This document shows, in pieces, positions 1 through 9,289 of a stretch of 53,252 nucleotides of DNA. The number at the start of each line of letters is the position of its first letter. Position 1 is the stretch's first letter. The position numbers and the translations under genes are program-made. Under the pieces are notes generated by a model. The model saw only the letters and a program-made list of their open reading frames with translations, was not told the origin of the DNA and ran no database searches. This DNA is from a virus (lineage: Duplodnaviria; Caudoviricetes): IMG/VR virus record IMGVR_UViG_3300013132_000065, positions 1 to 53,252 of that record, one strand, 5' to 3'.

Positions 1-183
1 CAATATAATGCTGAAGTTTGTTATGGCATCCATGAAGCATATTATGATGATAATGGAAAAGTTGTTTCATGGACAATGAGACCTGTAGAAGTAACAGGTG
101 ACTCAATTCAAGAATTGCGTAAGACTTTAGAACATATGTTAAAGTGTTTGGACAAAGAAGTAATTGATGATCAAGTAGAATGA
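1..183 (+). CDS. 3' end of hypothetical phage protein (partial)
   Basis: Frame 1 is open from the window start (QYNAEVCYGIHEAYYDDNGKVVSWT...) to TGA at 181-183, overlapping the next ATG. Confidence 0.7.
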   Translation, partial: QYNAEVCYGIHEAYYDDNGKVVSWTMRPVEVTGDSIQELRKTLEHMLKCLDKEVIDDQVE

Positions 184-614
184 AAAATAAAGCATACTTA
201 AATAAAATTACACTTAAAGATATTAGGGTTATTTTCTTCCCTAAAAACTTTTATGAGAAGTATAGTTACTTAGGATCAATCCCTTATAGAGATGAAAAAA
301 CTATGCTTCATGCTTTGGTTATTGCCATGGATCATGAAGCAAAACCTAAATGGTGCCCCCGTTGGTTTTTGAGATTTTTGAATCTTTTTGGTAATGATAA
401 TTCAATTGTTAGAATTCGGAACTATACTTTACATCGTCTATATAAAACGTTGACAAAAGGTATTAGATTTTGGGATTACAAGACCAAATGGGCTGACTAT
501 GATTTGAGGATTTCTATTTCAGCACCTGAATATCTTTTTGCTTTATCTCAAGCTATTGAATTGTATACTTACAATGAAGGTGAACGGCTAGCAGAAGAAG
601 TATGTGAAGAGTAA
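180..614 (+). CDS. hypothetical protein
   Basis: 144 aa ORF, ATGA-coupled to the upstream gene. Confidence 0.7.
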   Translation: MKNKAYLNKITLKDIRVIFFPKNFYEKYSYLGSIPYRDEKTMLHALVIAMDHEAKPKWCPRWFLRFLNLFGNDNSIVRIRNYTLHRLYKTLTKGIRFWDYKTKWADYDLRISISAPEYLFALSQAIELYTYNEGERLAEEVCEE

Positions 615-640
615 TACGGTATTAGATGGTATTTATTTAT

Positions 641-1327
641 ATGAAATTAGATATAAATAAAATCAAACAGATACCGTTGCAAGATACGCAGTTTTTTAAA
701 GAAGACACGGCAAAGACGCAGATCGTACTGCATCATACAGCCGGCAATTCTTCCGGTGTCAGTACTATTAAGGCATGGGATAGTGATGATCGTGGACGTA
801 TAGCAACATGCATTGCAATATCTGGCGCAGGCCAATCGCAAAATACATATGATGGTGAAATCTGCCAAGCATTTTCATCTAAACATTGGGCATATCATCT
901 CGGTATAAAACAAGATGTATTTAGATCTCGCGGCATTGCATATCAAAATTTAGATAAGTGCTCTATAGGTATTGAACTTTGCAATTGGGGGCCTTTAACA
1001 AAAAAAGGCAATAAGTTTTATAATTACATCAATCGCGAAGTTCCGGCTGACCAAGTATGTGTATTGAATACGCCATATAAAAAATACAAATACTATCATG
1101 CATATACAGATGCACAGATTGAATCGACCCGGCAATTGTTAGTATATTGGAATCAAGTATATAGCATTGATATAACATATAAAGAATCTGATATGTGGTC
1201 TGTCTCCAATCAAGCACTCCATGGCGTTAACGGTTTATATACCCATAACTCATACCGTACGGACAAGACAGACGTATCACCACAACCAAAACTAATTGCA
1301 ATGCTTAAAGCATTATGCAATGCATAA
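641..1327 (+). CDS. N-acetylmuramoyl-L-alanine amidase (Amidase_2), probable endolysin
   Basis: Zn-amidase motifs IVLHHTAG, SIGIEL, YTHNS..TDKTDVSP; start at 641 (MKLDI) preferred over 626. Confidence 0.85.
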   Translation: MKLDINKIKQIPLQDTQFFKEDTAKTQIVLHHTAGNSSGVSTIKAWDSDDRGRIATCIAISGAGQSQNTYDGEICQAFSSKHWAYHLGIKQDVFRSRGIAYQNLDKCSIGIELCNWGPLTKKGNKFYNYINREVPADQVCVLNTPYKKYKYYHAYTDAQIESTRQLLVYWNQVYSIDITYKESDMWSVSNQALHGVNGLYTHNSYRTDKTDVSPQPKLIAMLKALCNA

Positions 1328-1481
1328 AGATCCACAGAAGTTCAGTTGGCTAGATAAACTCCTAATAGTTTCATTGATACTACTAGCATTTAGTTACGTG
1401 GTAAGATTCATATTTCGAATCCCAGTATACATGTGGTTTTATATTGTATTGATTGCAATTATAATTTTCTATTCGACGTGA
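1320..1481 (+). CDS. small protein with two hydrophobic segments, holin candidate
   Basis: MHKDPQKFSWLDKLLIVSLILLAFSYVV...WFYIVLIAIIIFYST; overlaps the amidase stop. Confidence 0.45.
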   Translation: MHKDPQKFSWLDKLLIVSLILLAFSYVVRFIFRIPVYMWFYIVLIAIIIFYST

Positions 1482-1626
1482 GGTGTTAGCCTCGTCCAGC
1501 CTTCCGGCAGCCAGACTCAGCGAGCCGCTAACGCAGCCATCCCTATTTAATGTTAACATAATCTATATGCTAGCCGTAACGGTGCGCATGCGCCATATAT
1601 ATGTCTATACTAAAACAAGGAACACA

Positions 1627-2781
1627 ATGAGACATTTCATGATTTTTGCCCTGCTATTCATGGCAGCGTGCCGCCCAGAACCCGTTACACCAGAACCAGA
1701 TCCACGTGGCACTAACGTGCAAGTTATAGGTGATATCACAACAAACAGTGTTTGGCAAGCGCATAACACATATGAATTAGTAGGCAGAGTTATAGTGCAA
1801 GCCGGTGCAACATTAACTATAGAACCGGGTACCATCATTAAGGGTGCGCCAGGTACAGGTGCCGCGGCATCAGCATTGATTGTAGCACAAGGTGCACGTA
1901 TACATGCAGTCGGTACCGCGGAGCTTCCTATCATATTTACTTCTACGGCAGATGATATTACACCGGAAGATGTGCAAGCCGGCGTATATGTTAGTCCGAA
2001 CTTGTCTAATACCATTACGGGCTTATGGGGAGGAGTGATAATATTAGGCAATGCACCTATATCAGCATCAACCGATATAACACAAATAGAAGGAATTCCA
2101 ACATCCGAAATAGCAGGTAGATATGGAGGTACCGATGCAATGGATTCATCCGGCATACTGCAGTATGTATCTATTAGGCATGGTGGAACAAATATTGGAT
2201 CCGGCAATGAAATTAACGGCTTAACGCTAGGAGGCGTTGGATCAGGTACTGTTATAGATAACATTGAAATTATAGCCAATCAAGATGATGGAATTGAATT
2301 GTTTGGAGGTAGCGTAACGGTTACCAATATAAGCATATGGAATGTAGGCGATGATGCCATAGATACAGATCAGGGATGGAGTGGTGAACTACGCAATTTC
2401 ATAGTGATATCACCCAATGGTCATGCGTTAGAATTGGACGGCCCAGAAGGGTTAGGCGAAGCAATGCATACCATATCGCAAGGATTAGTGATTGCCAATT
2501 GGAACGGCATGCTATCGCAAGATCTAGTAAATATGGATGACAATAGCAGAGTATCATTGCATGATATAACATTTACGCATGTAACAAGCAACAATAAGAT
2601 TAATCGAGTAACGGCTAATGCAGGAAGCATTGTATTTGAAAATATAGCAATAGATTGCACTGATTTAAATGCGCATGTAGCAAGCACATGGATACCGAAA
2701 GGTATAATGATAGGTAATGCAATGCATGTAAATGTAATGCCATGGTGGCAATGCGCAATGCTAGCATGCATACCGCAATAA
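1627..2781 (+). CDS. lipoprotein with right-handed beta-helix repeats (Bacteroidota-type surface lipoprotein)
   Basis: Signal peptide and lipobox MRHFMIFALLFMAAC; motifs GATLTIEPGTIIKG, GTAELPIIFTS, WGGVIILGNAP, DDGIELFGG, GDDAIDTDQG. Confidence 0.75.
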   Translation: MRHFMIFALLFMAACRPEPVTPEPDPRGTNVQVIGDITTNSVWQAHNTYELVGRVIVQAGATLTIEPGTIIKGAPGTGAAASALIVAQGARIHAVGTAELPIIFTSTADDITPEDVQAGVYVSPNLSNTITGLWGGVIILGNAPISASTDITQIEGIPTSEIAGRYGGTDAMDSSGILQYVSIRHGGTNIGSGNEINGLTLGGVGSGTVIDNIEIIANQDDGIELFGGSVTVTNISIWNVGDDAIDTDQGWSGELRNFIVISPNGHALELDGPEGLGEAMHTISQGLVIANWNGMLSQDLVNMDDNSRVSLHDITFTHVTSNNKINRVTANAGSIVFENIAIDCTDLNAHVASTWIPKGIMIGNAMHVNVMPWWQCAMLACIPQ

Positions 2782-3086
2782 AGAGCATAGCCAGAATATA
2801 TAGCCTATTACTGTATAAGAGAACGTTATATGTGGTATAGTAGTTATGCAGTATATTTGATATAGCGGATGAGACATATCCGTGTAATGAAGGTATACAG
2901 ATAATTTTAAAAGATATTAATCTGAAACATGTAGTAGCGTATTTTAGGTAGCACATGTATACGAATATCTGGGGGGTAGCGTAAGAAATTTTTCTGGCAA
3001 AAAAAAATTTTCTATAATAAAGCCAATTAAATTAGGATTTACGAAAAGTTTTATTACCTCTTGACCTTTTGAAAAGTTTATTTTGG

Positions 3087-3118
3087 CTTGTGCGTACGAG
3101 AAAATGTTATTACCTTTA
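3087..3118 (+). promoter_or_regulatory. Bacteroidota sigma70-type promoter
   Basis: CTTG-N20-TACCTTTA, close to the -33/-7 consensus TTTG-N19-21-TAnnTTTG. Confidence 0.55.
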
Positions 3119-3204
3119 TGCAGGCCAATCCAGGCGTACGGGGCTTTGCGATTATGCTGCGTACATTACGAGCAAAACTTTCTGGAAACTTTTCTGCAGA
3201 AAGC

Positions 3205-3237
3205 TTAGGATTCGAAAGGAATGTTACCTTATCTTTA
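3205..3237 (+). promoter_or_regulatory. Bacteroidota sigma70-type (early) promoter
   Basis: TTAGG-N20-TATCTTTA upstream of the ATPase; similar copy at 4091. Confidence 0.65.
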
Positions 3238-3274
3238 AGTATAAGAAAAGGAAATAAACCAAACCAAAACAAAA

Positions 3275-4072
3275 ATGGGACGTCCTAAAGGTAGCCGGAA
3301 TCGTAAAAGCGTAGTAGAGATGGATAACACCAAGATGTGTTTCAAGACATTCCAGCAAACCAAATCGCCGGCGAAGATGTTTGGTGATATGACCAACCTT
3401 GCTAAAATGGTTGCAACAGGTATTTCACCGTCATTGCTTGTAACGGGTATGCCTGGATTGGGTAAGACATATACTATTACCAATACGTTGCATGCAATGG
3501 GGTTGGAAGAGGGTATTGATTTTATTCATGTAAAGGGTCGTTCAACGGCCGCAGGATTGTTTATTACGCTTTTCGAGAATAGCGATAAGCTTATTATTTT
3601 TGATGATTGTGATAGCATCTTTAAAGATGCGGATGCCGTTAATTTGCTTAAAGGTGCGTTGGATAGTTACGAGCGCCGAGTAATTAGTTGGATGGCTGCA
3701 AAGCCGCTTAAGGATACCGACGGTGAACCAATGCCTAGGTCATTTGAATTCCGAGGCCGAGTTATTTTTATTAGCAACCTTCCAATTGCCAATATTGATA
3801 GTGCGATCCGAAGCCGAGCATTTGCGCAAGATATTACATTGACCGCAGATCAATTGATCCAGCGTATGACGGATCTCCTTCCAATGGTAGAGCAGCAAAT
3901 CAAAGATATGTCGATCAAGCAAGATGCATTGGAAGCACTCCGTGAAGCGCATATTAAATATGCCGGTGTAGAATTGAACTTCCGTAGCTTGATCAAAGCA
4001 ATCCGGATTCGGCAAATGGGATTTGATAACTGGAAAGAAATGGTTGCCGAACAAGTAATGGGTGTAGCGTAA
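3275..4072 (+). CDS. AAA+/P-loop ATPase
   Basis: Walker A GMPGLGKT, Walker B LIIFDDCD, VIFISN, AIRSR arginine finger; AT-hook-like N-terminus GRPKGSRN. Confidence 0.85.
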   Translation: MGRPKGSRNRKSVVEMDNTKMCFKTFQQTKSPAKMFGDMTNLAKMVATGISPSLLVTGMPGLGKTYTITNTLHAMGLEEGIDFIHVKGRSTAAGLFITLFENSDKLIIFDDCDSIFKDADAVNLLKGALDSYERRVISWMAAKPLKDTDGEPMPRSFEFRGRVIFISNLPIANIDSAIRSRAFAQDITLTADQLIQRMTDLLPMVEQQIKDMSIKQDALEALREAHIKYAGVELNFRSLIKAIRIRQMGFDNWKEMVAEQVMGVA

Positions 4073-4090
4073 CAAATAGTTACGGTTTTA

Positions 4091-4123
4091 TTAGGATTCG
4101 AAAGAATATTATCCTTATCTTTA
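4091..4123 (+). promoter_or_regulatory. Bacteroidota sigma70-type (early) promoter
   Basis: TTAGGATTCGAAAG...CCTTATCTTTA, repeat of the 3205 element. Confidence 0.65.
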
Positions 4124-4152
4124 TAAAAAAAGAAATAACCCAAATCAATACA

Positions 4153-4407
4153 ATGACAACCAAGAACTTCGATGTAATGGCCGACGGCCGGATCGCAGGA
4201 CCTAAAGATTATATGTCATGCCGCTTTGATACATTCATGGATCTGATCTATAATGGTCAGAGCGTGTTATATAAAGAGGCAATGCTGCGTAGTCCGGACT
4301 TTGAAACGGCAATTGCAGTATGCCTAGAGACCGATTACAATGCATGGAAGAACACCGCGCATCTAGCCAACCGCATGATGCATCCGGCGATCGGCACGGC
4401 TAGCTAA
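4153..4407 (+). CDS. hypothetical protein
   Basis: 84 aa ORF directly after a promoter motif. Confidence 0.7.
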   Translation: MTTKNFDVMADGRIAGPKDYMSCRFDTFMDLIYNGQSVLYKEAMLRSPDFETAIAVCLETDYNAWKNTAHLANRMMHPAIGTAS

Positions 4408-4564
4408 AAAACAATTAGCATAGCAATAGCGCACCATATATATAGCAAGAGCATTATATATACACATAAGCATAGTATATATACGCATATCACCCAGAAC
4501 CAAGGCATACTTATACATACCCTAGGCAAGCACCCCAAAAGCGGGCTAAAACACCCAAAAACCA

Positions 4565-4740
4565 CCCTATATAGGGGAGTATACCGGTTTACCTTAACAT
4601 ACCATGAGCTTCTGGTGCTCTGGGTGGCCTATTACCAATTTCTTTCGTGAACAACGCTTTTTGCCTATAGCCCCTGGTCTTTAAAGATCGAGGCATATGC
4701 CTCCACTACAATTATTGTAGTGCCCACTACACGTGTAGTG
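4565..4740. repeat. chain of palindromes in non-coding DNA
   Basis: CCCTATATAGGG 4565-4576, TCTTTAAAGA 4678-4687, GAGGCATATGCCTC 4690-4703, CACTACAAT-T-ATTGTAGTG 4704-4722, CACTACACGTGTAGTG 4725-4740. Confidence 0.85.
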
Positions 4741-4804
4741 CCATTACTCGAATCCGGCATGCATATTTAATATTAGCAACTAACAATGACAAGCAAACAT
4801 AATC

Positions 4805-5443
4805 ATGACTATAACACGTGCATATATACAACAGCTGGTAACTGAAGAATTAAATAAATACCAATTCAATCGTATCATGGAATCCAAGCCATACTCTGGT
4901 AGCAAGATCATTGTATTTGATCTAGATGATACCCTAGTTATTACTAGAGCTCGTATTATAGTAACTGACCCTAAAACCAATAAAAGATACGCCCTTACCC
5001 CGGAGGAATATAATACATATCAAGTTCAGCCCGATCATCAATTAGACTTCTCCGAGTTTAGATCTTTGAATATATTGAAAGCTGGCAAGCTTATAGACTA
5101 TTACCTTAAGATATTGCAAGAAGCATATCGTCGGGGTATTCCTGTTAGCATTGTTACTGCACGCGATAATCGCAATTTAATCTATCAATGGTTCAAGGAG
5201 CATATTGGATATCCTATTGCGCGTACGCTCATATATGCTGTAACCGATCCCGTACATAATTTCCATGGAACTATTGCAGATCGTAAAAAGATGGCGTTCC
5301 GTGAGTTAATTGATCGAGGCTATACCGATTTTCAATTTTACGATGATGATCCGGAAAATCTACGACTCGTTAAATCAATTGAATCGGACTTTCCAAACGT
5401 ACGCATTGCTGCCCGGAGGGCTTATAAGCAATACTCTCGCTGA
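4805..5443 (+). CDS. HAD-superfamily phosphatase
   Basis: Motif I IVFDLDDTLV, motif II IVTAR, conserved K, motif IV FYDDD; N-terminal LVTEEL leader. Confidence 0.8.
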   Translation: MTITRAYIQQLVTEELNKYQFNRIMESKPYSGSKIIVFDLDDTLVITRARIIVTDPKTNKRYALTPEEYNTYQVQPDHQLDFSEFRSLNILKAGKLIDYYLKILQEAYRRGIPVSIVTARDNRNLIYQWFKEHIGYPIARTLIYAVTDPVHNFHGTIADRKKMAFRELIDRGYTDFQFYDDDPENLRLVKSIESDFPNVRIAARRAYKQYSR

Positions 5444-5449
5444 TTATAA

Positions 5450-6202
5450 TTAACGCTGAGGCTGATATGCACCACCTAGGCCTCGCGAGGCTAATGCATC
5501 AGCTATCATGATAGCTTCACGACTTTGTGATCGTAGGGAGCGTGTACCGGGGCTAAGCCATGGCGAATCCACATGTATTTGGGTAACTGGCAAAGTTTGG
5601 TCTAGTATCCATGTTTCCTTTTCCTGATACCCGCCCGCCGCAGTTAAAAAATCCGGATTCATAAAAGCCAATGCTTTGACTTGCTTATAAGGAATAGTGA
5701 CAACAATGGCCCATCTGCCAGCTGGTAATCTACCCTGTGCAAAGTTCGCTGCTACCAACCAATCTAGCGATACTGATACAAAACCCGGGCTACGAGATTT
5801 AATGTGTTGTGATACGGGGCCTAATCGAAACCAATTGCCGGCGCTGACTTCCGTGATCTGGATCGCGGGATCTTGTATTAATTCCGCGCATTGTTCCACA
5901 GCTAAAGTCATGCCTCTATATACCCGATCGCTGTCAGCTAATCCCGGATCTAACACAGCTGGGAACTTTTGTTTTAAGGGCAATAATTGCTCGATAGCTG
6001 AGATATCAATCTGATCTTTTTCGCCATTCGTAAGGTAAGTATATAACTGCCACCAAAGCGCCTCTTCTTCCTCGGTATTCCTTTCCTTCATGCCGTCATA
6101 CACTTGCGCGATAAATCGATTATAACGGATGTGACGTTGGGGATTAGCCCATAAGAGATCGCCGTATTGGAATTCTCGTAATAATGTTTTCAATCGTATC
6201 AT
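5450..6202 (-). CDS. putative R-S-E ADP-ribosyltransferase, paralog 1 (inverted)
   Basis: MIRLKTLLRE leader; VYRG, FVSVS, QEKE; shares KFPxxLDP and NPxF with its paralogs. Confidence 0.7.
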   Translation of the reverse strand: MIRLKTLLREFQYGDLLWANPQRHIRYNRFIAQVYDGMKERNTEEEEALWWQLYTYLTNGEKDQIDISAIEQLLPLKQKFPAVLDPGLADSDRVYRGMTLAVEQCAELIQDPAIQITEVSAGNWFRLGPVSQHIKSRSPGFVSVSLDWLVAANFAQGRLPAGRWAIVVTIPYKQVKALAFMNPDFLTAAGGYQEKETWILDQTLPVTQIHVDSPWLSPGTRSLRSQSREAIMIADALASRGLGGAYQPQR

Positions 6203-6334
6203 ATACATAAATATATAGCAGCCGTAGATCTAGTGTGTCTTGTGTAAGGCCGTAGGCTTCCGAAGGCCGGGCCCATGGGGGGGTGAAATGCATAGACCAC
6301 ACATTATATTTTATTAATTAAGGAATATTTATTA

Positions 6335-6673
6335 ATGAATATAACTAGGAATCATTCAATGATCAATCAAAAAAATGGTAAGGATAAAATGTCACGGCCA
6401 TCGCGATCAAATCGAGCCGGACTAACTGAATCAGCTTTACGTGCTATAATCTGTGAAGAGTTGCGCCGTGTGATCGCGGAAAGACGGGTATATCGGTCCG
6501 CGGAATACGAAGAAATGCATAGCGCGATTGAAACGATTCTAGATAATCTACGCTTCCTCGAACCGCCTCATATAGTGCCCGCCCGCGATGCACGCGAAGC
6601 AGTCCGCGATGTGCAAAAGGCCTTGCAAGCATTGTCTGAATTGATCGATCGGTACGGCACTGAAGATAGATGA
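6335..6673 (+). CDS. hypothetical protein with IIxEE motif
   Basis: LTESALRAIICEELRR; ATATTTAT at 6325; start could be further downstream. Confidence 0.7.
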   Translation: MNITRNHSMINQKNGKDKMSRPSRSNRAGLTESALRAIICEELRRVIAERRVYRSAEYEEMHSAIETILDNLRFLEPPHIVPARDAREAVRDVQKALQALSELIDRYGTEDR

Positions 6674-7488
6674 TTCGATTACGTGACTTGCTCCTTGAGT
6701 TAGATTACGGTGACAAGCTATTTGCGGATGATTTGATCGACCCGAAACACCCTCGCGAAAAGGCTTGGGGACGATTTATCCAGCAAATATATCGACCGGA
6801 TTTTGAGCCCAACACTGGCGCGGAGCAGGAACTACTCGACCAATTGCAAGCATATATCGGCGTGGGCCACCGCAATGCGAAGCTTGCGAGTGCATTGCAG
6901 CAATTGCTACCACTGCGATCGCGATTCCCTCGTATATTAGATCCAACCGCGGCCAGCATCACGAGTGACGACGAAACGCCCATGCCATGGGCTGAGCCTT
7001 ATCCGGATCTTGCATGGCGCGGCACCTGGGCGCCGATGCCATGGGCAGCTAAGGTAATGGCTCAAAGCAAACATGTTCACAACGTAACCGTGTCCGATGA
7101 ATATTCGCTTCGTCATGTCATGTTTCGAGATGGGAGGGAAGTCGAGGCTACGGTTTTCGAGCGCCCGGGCGTGATTTATAAGTCATCAGGTGAGCGTATG
7201 ATTTCTTTTTCCGATCGGCCCGATGTCGCATTTAGATTCATGCGTGCACGCGCTAAGGATATATATAATCCAAGCAAACCGTCTGGCGTGCCAGTCGCGC
7301 TTGGCATTGCAAAAACGCACCCACGTTTAATCATGAATCCGGATGCTATGAATGCGTTAGGTAGCGATTTTGCGGGAGGTGAATCTGAAATGCTGTTGCT
7401 GACTAATGCGTTTACCCCGGATGTTGTTGTGTTTATAGATCCATATGGGCTTAAATACATAGATAACTATATAGATAACATCCAGTGA
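6670..7488 (+). CDS. putative R-S-E ADP-ribosyltransferase, paralog 2
   Basis: MIRLRDLLLE leader; EPNT, RFPRILDP, AWRG, MISFS, MNPD, GESE. Confidence 0.65.
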   Translation: MIRLRDLLLELDYGDKLFADDLIDPKHPREKAWGRFIQQIYRPDFEPNTGAEQELLDQLQAYIGVGHRNAKLASALQQLLPLRSRFPRILDPTAASITSDDETPMPWAEPYPDLAWRGTWAPMPWAAKVMAQSKHVHNVTVSDEYSLRHVMFRDGREVEATVFERPGVIYKSSGERMISFSDRPDVAFRFMRARAKDIYNPSKPSGVPVALGIAKTHPRLIMNPDAMNALGSDFAGGESEMLLLTNAFTPDVVVFIDPYGLKYIDNYIDNIQ

Positions 7489-7527
7489 GCAGCGTATATT
7501 TATATTAAAATTTAAGTAGAATTTATC

Positions 7528-7953
7528 ATGACCAGAAAACAACAAGCCATGTCAATGCTTCGTCGAATCATTCGCGAAGAAATTGATAAATTAGCGATGA
7601 GAGAATTCGAGATCAGGGAAGCTTCTCATGTAAATGAGGTTTCAGATTTTAACGACCCCGTTTTAGTTGCGTTTAGAGCAGCGCAGCTTCGCAGAAACCA
7701 GGATACCAAAAAAGCGCCGGCTTTAAAGCCAGCTGAAGCTAGGAAATTAAACTCACAGCTTGAAAAGATATATCGCGCGTTAAACGTACTTTATGTTGAT
7801 CGCAATAGAATCTTGAATGACATGGAACAAGAAGCTGAAATGGGCGGCGGTCCTATTGCCGATCGGTACAGTGATGACTTGGAAAAGCTAGAAGGTAAGA
7901 TAGCCAAACTCTTAACTCAACGCAAGGCAATAGAAATTAAATTAGCTCAGTGA
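7528..7953 (+). CDS. hypothetical coiled-coil protein with IIREE motif
   Basis: MLRRIIREEIDK; ATATTTAT at 7496. Confidence 0.75.
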   Translation: MTRKQQAMSMLRRIIREEIDKLAMREFEIREASHVNEVSDFNDPVLVAFRAAQLRRNQDTKKAPALKPAEARKLNSQLEKIYRALNVLYVDRNRILNDMEQEAEMGGGPIADRYSDDLEKLEGKIAKLLTQRKAIEIKLAQ

Positions 7954-7975
7954 AATAACTAAAAAAAGAAATTTT

Positions 7976-8377
7976 ATGAATCATAGCCAAAACAAATCTG
8001 CCAAGCAAAAACTCGAAGAAATAATAACTAAAATTATACGTGAAGAGCTCGCGGAGGGTGGATGGAGTAAAAGCGCGTTGGCTGCATTTTCACGAAAAAC
8101 CAAGCCGGGTAGATACTTTATTACCACATCTAAAGACGCCAAACCCGGCTGGGCAACCTTCCCGACCATGGCCGGTTTTAACGCTTTTATACGGGACGAG
8201 CTCCGTCGAGGGAATGATTTCGCTAGAGGCGCGGAAGTCATTAACATACATGACAAACAAAAAGGTGATCGGGCAGTACTGCAATATTTTTGGTCGCCGC
8301 GCACAGGTGTAGACTATATTCGGCCGACAGTACCTAATGGTAAGCCAGGTGAAGTTAATCCAAAATATGTTTTGTAA
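7976..8377 (+). CDS. hypothetical protein with IIREE motif
   Basis: LEEIITKIIREELAE. Confidence 0.75.
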   Translation: MNHSQNKSAKQKLEEIITKIIREELAEGGWSKSALAAFSRKTKPGRYFITTSKDAKPGWATFPTMAGFNAFIRDELRRGNDFARGAEVINIHDKQKGDRAVLQYFWSPRTGVDYIRPTVPNGKPGEVNPKYVL

Positions 8378-8408
8378 CGAGAATTAATAACATTGATCAA
8401 TTTATGAT

Positions 8409-9242
8409 ATGAGTGTGATACGATTGCGAAAATTATTACAAGAATTTGAAGTTGGAAATTTACTATGGGCTGACTCATCAGATACTAGGCGTTCAGGGTA
8501 TTTTCAGAAATTTCTTAATACAGTTTATGGTGATGAGATAGAGCCTAATACTCCGGAGGAAGCGGCTGCATTAGAACGAATAGAATCTTTTATATTAAAT
8601 AATGATATTAAGACGCCTTCCGGTGTCCGTACATTAAATGAGCCGAAAAAATTTATAAAAGATTTATTAAAACTCAAGCCAAAATTTCCGGCAATGCTTG
8701 ACCCATTATATAATAATCCGAAGTTGAGTAACGATGCTTACATATATCGCGGAATGACAACTGAGTTATCTATAATAATTCACACTATTCAGTATGCTAA
8801 ATCGTTCGAAAGGATTCGGGCACAAAACGATAACCATTATATAAGTGTTAAACATCCCAAAGTAAGTATAAAATCACGTGCAAAAGGATTTATGAGTTTC
8901 ACCACAGGCTCTCAGAAGCTCTCCGGACTCGCCGTAGCTGATATATTCACAGGGCAAAACTTATGGTCAGCGTCCGGTGCAGGCCGTTGGGGAGTTATTA
9001 TTGGAATACGGTATGGAGATATTGCAGATAAGGCATTATTAAATCCGGAGTTTGTTGAAGCTATTGGCGGTTGGGGCGAATCTGAAATATGGTTATTAGA
9101 AGGAAAAATTGTACCTGATGTATTGTATATACGAGATCCATTCATATGGTATGGCACCGACAGTCGCGCGACTGTACCTAATGAAATAAAAAATGCCTTG
9201 AAGGCAAATCCTAACTTTCAACATATGACAGATGTAGTGTAA
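8409..9242 (+). CDS. putative R-S-E ADP-ribosyltransferase, paralog 3
   Basis: IRLRKLLQE leader; EPNTPEE, KFPAMLDP, IYRG, FMSFT, LNPEF, GESEIW. Confidence 0.7.
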   Translation: MSVIRLRKLLQEFEVGNLLWADSSDTRRSGYFQKFLNTVYGDEIEPNTPEEAAALERIESFILNNDIKTPSGVRTLNEPKKFIKDLLKLKPKFPAMLDPLYNNPKLSNDAYIYRGMTTELSIIIHTIQYAKSFERIRAQNDNHYISVKHPKVSIKSRAKGFMSFTTGSQKLSGLAVADIFTGQNLWSASGAGRWGVIIGIRYGDIADKALLNPEFVEAIGGWGESEIWLLEGKIVPDVLYIRDPFIWYGTDSRATVPNEIKNALKANPNFQHMTDVV

Positions 9243-9275
9243 TTGCAATAATTTTACTTAAACACTTCATTACAT

Positions 9276-9283
9276 ATATTTAT
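9276..9283 (+). promoter_or_regulatory. putative phage late promoter ATATTTAT (representative copy)
   Basis: Same 8-mer shortly before starts at 6325, 7496, 10096, 11532, 14991, 17510, 20279, 20513, 23291, 23791, 25629, 29851, 31403, 41663, 49971, and on the minus strand at 6207-6214. Confidence 0.6.
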
Positions 9284-9289
9284 GTATAT

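Noticed and set aside
3069-3288. Short ORFs in the 3.0-3.3 kb gap
   Set aside because: They use weak TTG starts or overlap the promoter motifs and have no recognisable features; the region is better explained as regulatory DNA.
4678-4740. Repeated CACTACA...TGTAGTG units as a mini CRISPR array
   Set aside because: Only two related units, no spacers of 25-45 nt, and no cas genes in the window.
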